Assembly (NCBI GenBank): GCA_027338645.1
Contig: DAHWSH010000024.1
Coordinates: 12,055 to 76,054 of the forward strand
DNA length: 64,000 nucleotides
Source: Pseudomonadota bacterium
GTDB lineage: Bacteria; Pseudomonadota; Gammaproteobacteria; JAKAQQ01
Reading direction: 5' to 3'
In this document: in pieces, positions 55,945 through 64,000 of the stretch
How positions within the stretch are numbered: the stretch's first letter is position 1
Layout: each line of letters starts with the position of its first letter
Made by a program: the position numbers and the translations under genes
The notes under the pieces: generated by a model
What the model saw: the letters and a program-made list of their open reading frames with translations, nothing else
The model's database searches: none
Told to the model about the DNA's origin: nothing

Positions 55945-57386
55945 CCAACCGCTCCTTCAAGAGTCACAGACAACAGTTTCTGGGCTTCAACCGCAAACTC
56001 GAGCGGCAGCTTGAGCAAAACATCCCGGCAAAACCCGTTGACGATGAGGCCGGTTGCTTCCTCCTCCGTGAGCCCCCGCTGCCGGCAGTAGAACAGCTGA
56101 TCCGCTGAGATTTTCGAAGTGGTGGCCTCGTGCTCGGCACGAGCTGACGCGTTTTCGACCTCAATGACCGGGAAGGTGTCGGCTCGTGCTGCAGAACCGA
56201 TCAACAGGGAATCACACTGGGTATAGTTGTGGGCCGTTTGAGCCGTGGATCCCATCCGGACGAGACCGCGGTAGGCATTGTGGCCATGTCCCGCCGAAAT
56301 GCCCTTGGACAGGATCGTGCTCCGGGTCCGGCGACCGAGATGGATCATCTTGGTCCCGGTATCGGCTTGTTGATAGTTGCGTGCCACCGCAATTGAGTAA
56401 AACTCGCCCACGCTGTCGTCGCCTCTCAACACACAGCTCGGATATTTCCAGGTGATGGCAGATCCGGTTTCGACCTGGACCCAGGAAATATGGGAACGGT
56501 CGCCACGGCATTCCCCCCGCTTGGTCACAAAATTGTAAATTCCCCCTTCTCCTCGCTCGTTACCGGGATACCAGTTCTGGACCGTGGCATAGCGGATCTC
56601 GGCATCCTTGAGGGCCACGAGCTCGACGACCGCCGCATGCAACTGGTTTTCGTCCCGCATCGGCGCCGTGCAGCCTTCCAGGTAGCTCACGGTGGCCCCT
56701 TCGTCCGCGATGATCAGGGTACGCTCAAACTGCCCGGTTTTTGCGGCATTGATGCGGAAATACGTCGAGAGTTCGAGCGGGCATCGGACCCCCTTCGGCA
56801 CATAGACAAAAGACCCATCGGTAAAGACCGCTGAGTTCAGGGCGGCAAAGAAGTTATCTCCGGGTGGGACAACGGATCCCAGATAGGCCCGTACCAGCTC
56901 CGGATAATTTCGGATGGCCTCTGAAATCGGGCAAAACACCACGCCGGCTTTCGCCAGGGTTTCGCGAAAGGTCGTAGCCACCGAGACACTGTCAAAAACG
57001 GCATCGACGGCAACTCCTGCAAGTGCAGCCCGTTCATGCAGGGGGATGCCCAGCTTTTCATAGGTCTCAAGGAGCTTGGGGTCGATATCCTCGAGCGAAC
57101 CGACGGAAGAGCGGGACTTCGGCGAGGAATAGTACGAAAACCCCTGGTAGTCGATCGGGTCGTAACGGGCGATGGACCAGTGGGGCTCCTTCATCCGCTG
57201 CCAGCCACGGAAGGCGGCTAACCGCCATTCTTTCATGAAATCAGGTTCCTGCTTGATGGCCGATAGACGCTGGATCATGGTCTCATCGAGACCCGGGGGG
57301 AAAGTCTCCTGCTCAATGTCGGTCACAAACCCCGCGGTGTAATTCCTCTGGATCAATGACTCGAGGTTCTGGGATTCGGTACTCAA
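55941..57386 (-). CDS. sufB: Fe-S assembly protein SufB
   Basis: [44 protein letters not shown]. Confidence 0.97.
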   Translation of the reverse strand: MSTESQNLESLIQRNYTAGFVTDIEQETFPPGLDETMIQRLSAIKQEPDFMKEWRLAAFRGWQRMKEPHWSIARYDPIDYQGFSYYSSPKSRSSVGSLEDIDPKLLETYEKLGIPLHERAALAGVAVDAVFDSVSVATTFRETLAKAGVVFCPISEAIRNYPELVRAYLGSVVPPGDNFFAALNSAVFTDGSFVYVPKGVRCPLELSTYFRINAAKTGQFERTLIIADEGATVSYLEGCTAPMRDENQLHAAVVELVALKDAEIRYATVQNWYPGNERGEGGIYNFVTKRGECRGDRSHISWVQVETGSAITWKYPSCVLRGDDSVGEFYSIAVARNYQQADTGTKMIHLGRRTRSTILSKGISAGHGHNAYRGLVRMGSTAQTAHNYTQCDSLLIGSAARADTFPVIEVENASARAEHEATTSKISADQLFYCRQRGLTEEEATGLIVNGFCRDVLLKLPLEFAVEAQKLLSVTLEGAVG

Positions 57387-57886
57387 GGGTTGGGGCTCCG
57401 TTTAGCGGTGGTGACATCGGGGAAATCGATGGGTTCCGGGGGACGGGTAGGGGAGGGGACCGAGCGGGGCAGCGAACGGTAGGATCCATCTCCGGTCAGG
57501 TCCTGCAAAGTAATTTTCGCGAGCGCATTCCGTAACAGCTGGTTGATCCGCTGCCAAGGCGGGCTCACCGCACAAAAACCCTCCCGATCACAAATATGCG
57601 ATGCAAGTCCACATTCGATGACGGCCACCTTTCCTTCCAAGGCTTCGAGAATTTCGAGCGCCGTCATGGTGTTGGCCGGCCGGGCCAGACGGTAGCCCCC
57701 GTGTGGACCGCGCTGGGATTCCAGCAGATGGGCACGCACCAGCATTTTGAGCAGCTTGCCGACCGTCGCATAGGAAAGGTGAGTCTCCTGCGATAGTTCA
57801 GTTGCCGTTTTCCAGAGACGATTTTGCCGATCCATGGCTGCGAGCAGCACGGTTCCATAGTCGGTCAACTTCCGGATACGCAACAT
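57383..57886 (-). CDS. Rrf2/IscR-family suf operon regulator
   Basis: [23 protein letters not shown], three Cys in C-x6-C-x5-C. Confidence 0.92.
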   Translation of the reverse strand: MLRIRKLTDYGTVLLAAMDRQNRLWKTATELSQETHLSYATVGKLLKMLVRAHLLESQRGPHGGYRLARPANTMTALEILEALEGKVAVIECGLASHICDREGFCAVSPPWQRINQLLRNALAKITLQDLTGDGSYRSLPRSVPSPTRPPEPIDFPDVTTAKRSPNP

Positions 57887-57916
57887 TGAACTGGACCTAA
57901 AATCTTTGCCTAGAGC

Positions 57917-57941
57917 ATATAAGACTATTTTAGTCCAATTA
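57917..57941. promoter_or_regulatory. IscR type-1-like operator upstream of suf operon
   Basis: Core GACT-ATTTT-AGTC (57923-57935) matches the GACT-RWWWY-AGTC core of the IscR type 1 motif; about 37 bp upstream of the regulator ATG. Confidence 0.75.
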
Positions 57942-58011
57942 GCTGAAAAAAACCATGGCGGAAGTTGAAATGGAACTCATGGGATCGATTGGAATATTGC
58001 GGCTTCAAGGT

Positions 58012-59616
58012 CTAGTCAGGTTCCGGAAAGTCCCAGATCTCAGAGTCAAAACAAGCCCAAGCCGGTAATTCTTCGCCCGCGATCAAGTGATGGGTGTAAA
58101 GCGCAGCCAACTTGGCAAAACGCGCTTCCTGGGCCGCCAGACCATAGAGCAGGGCGACACTGGCTGCATCAGCAAGAACACGGAGCCGGTTCTTGGCCGA
58201 CCACTGGAGTGTCGCCTCGTCTTCGGTCCCAATTCCCATAACCGCTTCACGGGCGCGAGCCCAGGCCATCTGGGCTTCCGGTGTATGGACCTCGTCCAGA
58301 GTGCTTCCCAACCATTCCAGGAAGGGTTCATGCGCCTTTTTTTTTCGAATGACCTCAAGGAGTTCCAAAGCCTGAATGTTGCTTGTCCCTTCCCAGATGG
58401 GGGTAATCAGGGCTTCCCGATGCCAGCGGGCTACGGCGTATTCCTCGAGAAAGCCCAGTCCACCGAACAGTTCCATGGCCAATGCCGTGATCCGACCGGC
58501 GTGCTCGGCTGTCCGGTTTTTGGCGAGGTGACTCCATAGCCGGGCCTGATGGTAGGCCGGTGGGTAGGGGGGTCTCGACTGCCAGACCGAATCAAACTGG
58601 CTGACTGCCATAAAAGCCAAGGCCAATCCACCCGCCTGTCGGACACGCATCTCGGCCAGGTCGCGCCGCACCAGGGGATGATTGATGATTGTCTGGCCGA
58701 AAGCTGACCGCCTCCGCACCCGGAATCGGGATTCGAGCAGAGATTTCGCGGCAATCCCCATGCTGGCAATGGCATTGGCGATGCGTGAGACGGTCAAAAC
58801 TTCCATCGTATAGTAGATCCCTTCTCTCGGGTCCCCGATCAAGCAGGCTTCCGAGCCTTCGAGTTCGACCTCCCCCGAAGGCACGGCTCGTGTGGCGGAC
58901 TTGTTTTTGAGCCGACGGACACGGAAGTTGAGCCGACCCTCCGCATCCAGACGGGGCAGAAGGAAGAGGGCGAGACCCTTGGCCCCCGCGGGGGCCCCCT
59001 CGGGACGAGCGGTCGTGAGCGCCCAGTCAGCCAATCCCGCACCACTCGCAAAATACTTGTCGCCATCGTAAAGCCGCCAGTTCCCGCGGGGATCGACAAC
59101 CGCACGGGTTCGATTGGCTCCGAGGTCATTACCCCCCTGATTTTCGGTCATCCAGGTAGCCCCCCAGTACTGGCCGGACAGTAATTTTTCCTTGATGGCC
59201 ACGAGTTCTGGAGCGTATTTGTGGAGCACATACGCGGTTTGCCCGGTGATGGTGAGGATGCAGTAAAGTCCCGGATCCGCCAAGAGATATCCCAGAGCAA
59301 AATGGTGTTGCCAGCACCCACCCCGATAGGGTGGTTCGAGGATGGGGGCCAAATTCGGCAGGATCACCTTCTCAACTGGCGACAGGCGCACCCGGTCGAT
59401 GCGTTGTCCATCGAGATCGTGATGAATCAGGACGGGAGGGCTTTCCTGGTCAATGTGGTAGCCGGCCTGATAAATTTCCCGGCCTGACCATTCACCAAAG
59501 CTTCGAAGCTCTGCCTGATGATCGGGATAGGCTGGCCAGAAATGCCGGAGGACCACCTCGAGGTCGGCATCGAGCAGAAAATGGTTTTGGCCAAAAGCGT
59601 AGGAAAGGTGTTGCAT
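58012..59616 (-). CDS. Acyl-CoA dehydrogenase family protein (AidB-like)
   Basis: GATWMTENQGGND, KYFASG, RRLKNKSATRAVPSGE, RRSAFG, FGGLGF, PIWEGTSNIQ. Confidence 0.9.
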   Translation of the reverse strand: MQHLSYAFGQNHFLLDADLEVVLRHFWPAYPDHQAELRSFGEWSGREIYQAGYHIDQESPPVLIHHDLDGQRIDRVRLSPVEKVILPNLAPILEPPYRGGCWQHHFALGYLLADPGLYCILTITGQTAYVLHKYAPELVAIKEKLLSGQYWGATWMTENQGGNDLGANRTRAVVDPRGNWRLYDGDKYFASGAGLADWALTTARPEGAPAGAKGLALFLLPRLDAEGRLNFRVRRLKNKSATRAVPSGEVELEGSEACLIGDPREGIYYTMEVLTVSRIANAIASMGIAAKSLLESRFRVRRRSAFGQTIINHPLVRRDLAEMRVRQAGGLALAFMAVSQFDSVWQSRPPYPPAYHQARLWSHLAKNRTAEHAGRITALAMELFGGLGFLEEYAVARWHREALITPIWEGTSNIQALELLEVIRKKKAHEPFLEWLGSTLDEVHTPEAQMAWARAREAVMGIGTEDEATLQWSAKNRLRVLADAASVALLYGLAAQEARFAKLAALYTHHLIAGEELPAWACFDSEIWDFPEPD

Positions 59617-59750
59617 GACTCTCCCCGGACCGGCGTACTTCACAGCATAGGCCAAACTAGGACCCATGGGCTTGTGTCAGTCCTCCGGTCATCATGGCAT
59701 AATGCGCCAAGCTGTTTTCTCCCATTCTTCAAACGACTTCATCGGATCGT

Positions 59751-61064
59751 ATGATCGACATCAAGCTTTTGAGACAGGATCCCAGTGGGGTTGCGGCACA
59801 GCTGGTACGTCGGGGATTCCGAATGGACCTCGAGTGGTACGTTAGCCAGGAAGCGGAACGCCGGACTCTTCAGATGGCCCTTGAAGACCTGCGAAAGCAA
59901 CGCAATGAAGGTTCACGGAAGGTGGGTGAACTCAAAGCGACTAAAGCCACACCTGATGAACTGGGAATGCGACTCGAGAAGTTGGCCAAACTGGATCGGG
60001 AGCTTGTGGCTGCCGATCAGGCATTCCGAAAACTCAGTGCAACCCTGGAAGCCTTTTATCTGACGCTTCCGAACCTGCCGGATTCCACGGTTCCAGAGGG
60101 CATGGATGAGAGCGCCAATCAGGAAGTCCGCCGATGGAATACTGCCCCGGACTTCGGTTTTGAGCCTCGGGATCATGTCGAGCTGGGTGAGATGATCCAG
60201 GGCATGGATTTTTCGTCGGCCCGCGAAATGACGGGCGCCCGCTTTGTCGTCCTCAAGGGCATTCTGGCTCGACTCCAGCGCGCGCTTACGACCTTCATGC
60301 TGGACTGGCATGCCCGCGAATATGGTTACGAGGAAGTCTATGTCCCCCATCTCGTCAATCGGCAGAGCCTCACCGGAACCGGGCAACTGCCGAAGTTTGA
60401 ATCCGATCTGTTCCGGGTCGGACCGGATGTCGACTGGTTCCTGATCCCCACGGGCGAAGTCCCCGTCACGAATCTGGCCCGCGACCACACGTTCCTGAGA
60501 TCCGAACTGCCCAAGCGGTGGGTGGCCCACACCCCGTGCTACCGTTCCGAGGCCGGTTCCTATGGCAAGGATCTCAAGGGCATGATCCGACAGCACCAGT
60601 TCGAAAAAGTAGAGCTGGTCCAGATCACGCTTCCGGAAGCATCGCCTCAGGCCCATGAACAACTGGTCGAACACGCCGAGTCGATTCTCATCCAGTTGGA
60701 ACTGCCGTACCGGGTGATGCTGCTCTGCGCAGGGGATACGGGTTTTGCATCTGCAAAAACCTACGATCTCGAAGTATGGCTCCCCAGTCAGAAGCGCTAC
60801 CGGGAGATTTCCTCCTGCAGCAATTTTCGGGACTTCCAGGCGCGCCGTCTGAATGCCCGCTGGAAGGAGGATGCGAAATCGAAACCGGATTGGGTCCATA
60901 CCCTGAACGGGTCGGGACTCGCTGTCGGACGTACCCTGCTCGCGCTTTTGGAGAACCGGCAGGATGAGGGGGGAGGGATCAGCATTCCTTCCCGCCTCCA
61001 GCCCTATCTGGGGGGAATCCATGAAATCCGGAGCGGTGCCAAGGTGGAGCATCCGCCCGGATGA
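59751..61064 (+). CDS. serS: Serine--tRNA ligase
   Basis: MIDIKLLR, GTGQLPKF, LIPTGEV, YRSEAGSYGKD, RQHQFEKVE, REISSCSN, TLNGSGLAVGRT. Confidence 0.98.
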   Translation: MIDIKLLRQDPSGVAAQLVRRGFRMDLEWYVSQEAERRTLQMALEDLRKQRNEGSRKVGELKATKATPDELGMRLEKLAKLDRELVAADQAFRKLSATLEAFYLTLPNLPDSTVPEGMDESANQEVRRWNTAPDFGFEPRDHVELGEMIQGMDFSSAREMTGARFVVLKGILARLQRALTTFMLDWHAREYGYEEVYVPHLVNRQSLTGTGQLPKFESDLFRVGPDVDWFLIPTGEVPVTNLARDHTFLRSELPKRWVAHTPCYRSEAGSYGKDLKGMIRQHQFEKVELVQITLPEASPQAHEQLVEHAESILIQLELPYRVMLLCAGDTGFASAKTYDLEVWLPSQKRYREISSCSNFRDFQARRLNARWKEDAKSKPDWVHTLNGSGLAVGRTLLALLENRQDEGGGISIPSRLQPYLGGIHEIRSGAKVEHPPG

Positions 61065-62245
61065 TCCACCGACGGAAGGTTTTTTGGCCTCTGGGGTTTG
61101 TGCTGGCTCTGGGGGTGGTCAGTCTGTTTGCCGATGCCAACTACGAAGGTGGGCGGGGCCTGGCCGGCCCTTTCCTTCTTTTCCTAGGTGCGATTCCTCT
61201 GGGAATCGGTCTTTTGAGCGGGATCATCGAATTCTTCCAATTCGGAGGGCGTTGGATCGGGGGCGTCTGGGCGGAGTGGGGGGGGAAACCCTGGCGGGTT
61301 TTGGTCACTGGATATGCACTCAATCTGTTTGCACTTCCCGCCCTCGTGTTCGCCCATGCCCTCTGGGTGGCCGTGGGACTTTTCGCGTGCGAGCGTTTGG
61401 GGCGGGGAATCCGGAATCCGGTAAAAAACCGCCTGCTTTCCACCGCCGGGTCGGAAATCGGACACGGTAGAGCGTTTGGCGTCTACGAAATCCTGGACCA
61501 GACCGGCGCCGTCATCGGTCCGTTGTTTTTGACATTCTGGCTTTTGGCGCACTCATTACGCACCGCCTTCGCTCTTCTGGTCGTCCCGGCCATACTCGCC
61601 ATGGCCATTCTGGTCGTGGCTTATCGCTTTTCTCCTGACCTCACACCAAAATCACCCGACCGAGAAAAGGAATCCGCGGTGCAAATTACGCGGGGGAAGG
61701 GCAGGGGAAATCCATTTCTGCGCTGGGCCACCCTGCTTGTGGCTGCCGGTGGCAGTTATCTCTTTATCGGCTATGCCCTGGTGGTCGAACGGCACTGGTC
61801 AGCCAGTGCCGTTGCCGGGGGGTTTGCCCTTGTCATGGCCTGCGATGGCTTGGGTGGTCTCGCATCTGGCCTGCTCTACGACCGGATCGGACGCCGGGCG
61901 CTTTATACTCTGCCGCTATTCCTGGTCGCATCCATGGCCCTGATCTTCTGGAGTAAGGGGCTTTTTCTGTGGCTGGGTCTCGCACTCTGGGGCATCCAGT
62001 TGGGATGCCAGGAAACACTCATTCCGGCGGATTTCGGGGCTCAGAAGCCACGACCCAGTACCCGTGCATTCGGCTCTTTGGGATTCATCTTGGGAGCTGG
62101 CCAGATGATCGGAACCGCGATTCTGGGATTCCTGTTTGCCTTCACGCCGACTCTGATTCCGGTCTGGATTGCCGGGCTGTGCCTCATGGGCGGGATTTGG
62201 GTCTATCGTGACCTCAAGCACTGGACAGGAACCCAGGGTCACTGA
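61061..62245 (+). CDS. MFS transporter
   Basis: GVVSLFADANYEG, ERLGRGIRNP, GRAFG..LDQTGAVIGP, GLLYDRIG; ATGA overlap with serS. Confidence 0.88.
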   Translation: MIHRRKVFWPLGFVLALGVVSLFADANYEGGRGLAGPFLLFLGAIPLGIGLLSGIIEFFQFGGRWIGGVWAEWGGKPWRVLVTGYALNLFALPALVFAHALWVAVGLFACERLGRGIRNPVKNRLLSTAGSEIGHGRAFGVYEILDQTGAVIGPLFLTFWLLAHSLRTAFALLVVPAILAMAILVVAYRFSPDLTPKSPDREKESAVQITRGKGRGNPFLRWATLLVAAGGSYLFIGYALVVERHWSASAVAGGFALVMACDGLGGLASGLLYDRIGRRALYTLPLFLVASMALIFWSKGLFLWLGLALWGIQLGCQETLIPADFGAQKPRPSTRAFGSLGFILGAGQMIGTAILGFLFAFTPTLIPVWIAGLCLMGGIWVYRDLKHWTGTQGH

Positions 62246-62246
62246 T

Positions 62247-62336
62247 TGGCGGAGAGGGTGGGATTCGAACCCACGAGAGACTTGCATCTCTGCTGGTTTT
62301 CAAGACCAGTGCAATCAACCGCTCTGCCACCTCTCC
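62247..62336 (-). tRNA. tRNA-Ser (anticodon UGA)
   Basis: Minus strand GGAGAGGTGGCAGAGCGGTTG...CTGGTCT-TGA-AAACCAG, long variable arm, GGTTCGAATCCC, encoded CCA; 90 nt. Confidence 0.97.
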
Positions 62337-62386
62337 CGGATCAGCCCCCGCTATTGTACGGGATCCTTCTGATGTGGCGGTAGGAA

Positions 62387-62836
62387 TTACATCGGGTGCG
62401 CTTCGTTCACGGTTTCGTTGAGGAGCAACCAGTAGAGGCCCAGCTGTTTCACAGCCTGCATGAAGTCATCGAAACTTACCGGTTTCCTGACGTAACTGTT
62501 GGCTCCCAGCCGGTAACTTTCCACAAGATCACGCTCTTCCTTGGAGGAGGTTAGGATGATTGTCGGCAGGTAACAGGTCCGTTCATGAGTGCGGACACGC
62601 TTCAGAACCTCGAAGCCATCCACTTTGGGTAGCTTGAGGTCGAGCAGCATGATGACCGGCAGTGGATGGACGTATTTTTCGGTCTCGGCATCGTGATGGT
62701 GAAGAAAATCCAATGCCTCAACTCCATTGGAGGCGACGTGAATTTGGTTCAGGATCTGGTTTTTCTGGAAGGCCCGCAGGGTAAGGGCAATGTCATCCGG
62801 GTTGTCTTCGACCAGAAGAATGCTTTTTTCAGGCAT
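62387..62836 (-). CDS. Single-domain response regulator (Rcp1-like)
   Basis: ILLVEDNPDD, LLDLKLPKVDG, ILTSS, GANSYVRKP, YWL. Confidence 0.93.
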   Translation of the reverse strand: MPEKSILLVEDNPDDIALTLRAFQKNQILNQIHVASNGVEALDFLHHHDAETEKYVHPLPVIMLLDLKLPKVDGFEVLKRVRTHERTCYLPTIILTSSKEERDLVESYRLGANSYVRKPVSFDDFMQAVKQLGLYWLLLNETVNEAHPM

Positions 62837-63998
62837 GGGCGGGTTCTCCCGATGGCAGGTGAAGATAAAACGTAGTTCCCCGTCCCGGTTGGCTTTGAAC
62901 CCAGATCCGTCCTCCATGGCGCAGAACGATCCGGTGGACCGTCGCAAGCCCGACTCCGGTTCCTTCAAAATCCCGGCTGTCATGAAGCCGCTGGAAAGGC
63001 ACGAATAGTTTGTTCGCATATTCCATGTCGAAACCGACCCCATTGTCGGCAAAATGATAAGCCGGTTCTCCGTCCTGGATGGACTGACCCACATGGATCC
63101 GGGCCTCCGGGTTACGGGATGTAAATTTTCGGGCATTGTCCAAGAGGTTGAAAACCAGAACCCGGAGAAGTTTCGGATCCCCCCGGACGGGCAGGGGATG
63201 GTCAACCTCCAGTGTGATTTTCCGTCCGCTACCGCTCTCTTCCAATTCCGCCATGACCGATTGGGCCAGCTCGCCGAGGTCGAAGGCTTCCGGGTTGAGC
63301 GGAGCCTTGGAAACACGAGCCAGCTGCAAGAGGTCATCGATGAGAAGTGCCATCCGGCCGGCTGCAGCTTGGATCCGGACCAGGTAGCCTTGGGCCACAG
63401 GATCCAGTCGGTTTCCGAAATCCTCCATCAGGGCTTGACTGAAACCGGCAATGGCTCGGAGTGGGGATCTCAGGTCATGAGAGACCGAATAGGAAAAGGA
63501 TTCCAGTTCCTGGTTCAGCGCTTCAAGGTGCAAAGTTCGCTCTTGAACCTTATTCTCGAGATCGCGGTTGAGTTCCAAAATGGCCTGCTCGGACCGCTTA
63601 CGTTCCGTGATGTCGCGCAGGAATGCCGTGAAGCTGAACTTGGATCCCTCGGGAATCGCCATGACCGTGAGTTCGATGGGAAAACGCTCGCCGTTGGCTC
63701 GTAGAGCTTCCATTTCCAAACGGTGTCCTAGAATCTTGGAGGTTTGTGTCTCGAGAAACCGCCGAAGCCCTTCTTCATGGGACTTGCGCCATTCCGGTGG
63801 AATCAGGAGATCAGAGAGGGTCTTTCCCCTGACTTCTTCTTGTGTCCATCCGAAGAGGGCCTCTGCAGCCGGATTGGCCTCGGTCAGTTCCCCCCGTTCA
63901 TTGATGGTGATAATGGCGTCGATGGAATAACGCAGGATGGCAGTCTGGCGAGCTTGGCTTTGCTGGAGATCCTTCAGGGACCGTTCATGCTCGGTCAT
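62829..63998 (-). CDS. PAS-domain sensor histidine kinase; probably 5' truncated by window edge
   Basis: PAS (DAIITI, NPAAEALFGW, GERFPIEL, RDITE), H-box SYSVSHDLRSPL, NLLDNARKF, DNGVGF, GTGVGLA. Confidence 0.93.
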   Translation of the reverse strand: MTEHERSLKDLQQSQARQTAILRYSIDAIITINERGELTEANPAAEALFGWTQEEVRGKTLSDLLIPPEWRKSHEEGLRRFLETQTSKILGHRLEMEALRANGERFPIELTVMAIPEGSKFSFTAFLRDITERKRSEQAILELNRDLENKVQERTLHLEALNQELESFSYSVSHDLRSPLRAIAGFSQALMEDFGNRLDPVAQGYLVRIQAAAGRMALLIDDLLQLARVSKAPLNPEAFDLGELAQSVMAELEESGSGRKITLEVDHPLPVRGDPKLLRVLVFNLLDNARKFTSRNPEARIHVGQSIQDGEPAYHFADNGVGFDMEYANKLFVPFQRLHDSRDFEGTGVGLATVHRIVLRHGGRIWVQSQPGRGTTFYLHLPSGEPAHA

Positions 63999-64000
63999 GT

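Noticed and set aside
59913-61052. Long antisense ORFs (379 aa opposite serS; also 52756-53979, 25793-26920, 27049-27978, 31308-32255)
   Set aside because: Shadow ORFs expected from GC-rich codon bias opposite well-conserved genes; no recognisable motifs.
1-64000. CRISPR arrays, IS elements, integrases, prophage or defence genes
   Set aside because: None seen; nearly all sequence is accounted for by housekeeping or envelope genes with short spacers.

Overview
GC-rich chromosomal segment, apparently core genome of a gammaproteobacterium. Acidophily is inferred from Arg/His-rich exported proteins, hopanoid genes and two group II amino-acid decarboxylases. Gene order: partial RND pump; apbC-dcd; DUF3108-purN-purM divergent from DUF2066-CDP-alcohol phosphotransferase-hda; two lipoproteins (DUF4398-like, LysM); a TyrDC-like decarboxylase; DUF302; ypjD/ccsA divergent from rpsP-rimM-trmD-rplS with ffh absent from its usual slot; a TPR-like protein; a second decarboxylase; sppA; emrAB-USP-MAPEG; pepA-holC-(peptide transporter)-valS; lptFG-cytochrome b561-yceI-DUF62; RDD; a large hopanoid cluster (hpnI-J-K-N-L-M plus an unknown lipoprotein, divergent from hpnA-squalene synthase-shc-GGCT); LPS glycosyltransferases; a suf operon (Rrf2-sufBCDSUT-Rieske) with an IscR-type operator; an acyl-CoA dehydrogenase; serS-MFS; tRNA-Ser(UGA); and a PAS histidine kinase/response regulator pair. 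I saw no CRISPR array, IS, integrase or prophage, and no new system is proven by the sequence alone. The best leads are: the unknown lipoprotein coupled to hpnM, the missing ffh with a structured spacer in its place, the decarboxylase pair with a coupled 25-aa upstream ORF, strong GGATCC over-representation, and short AT-rich patches inside coding regions. All family assignments come from motif recognition by eye, not database searches.
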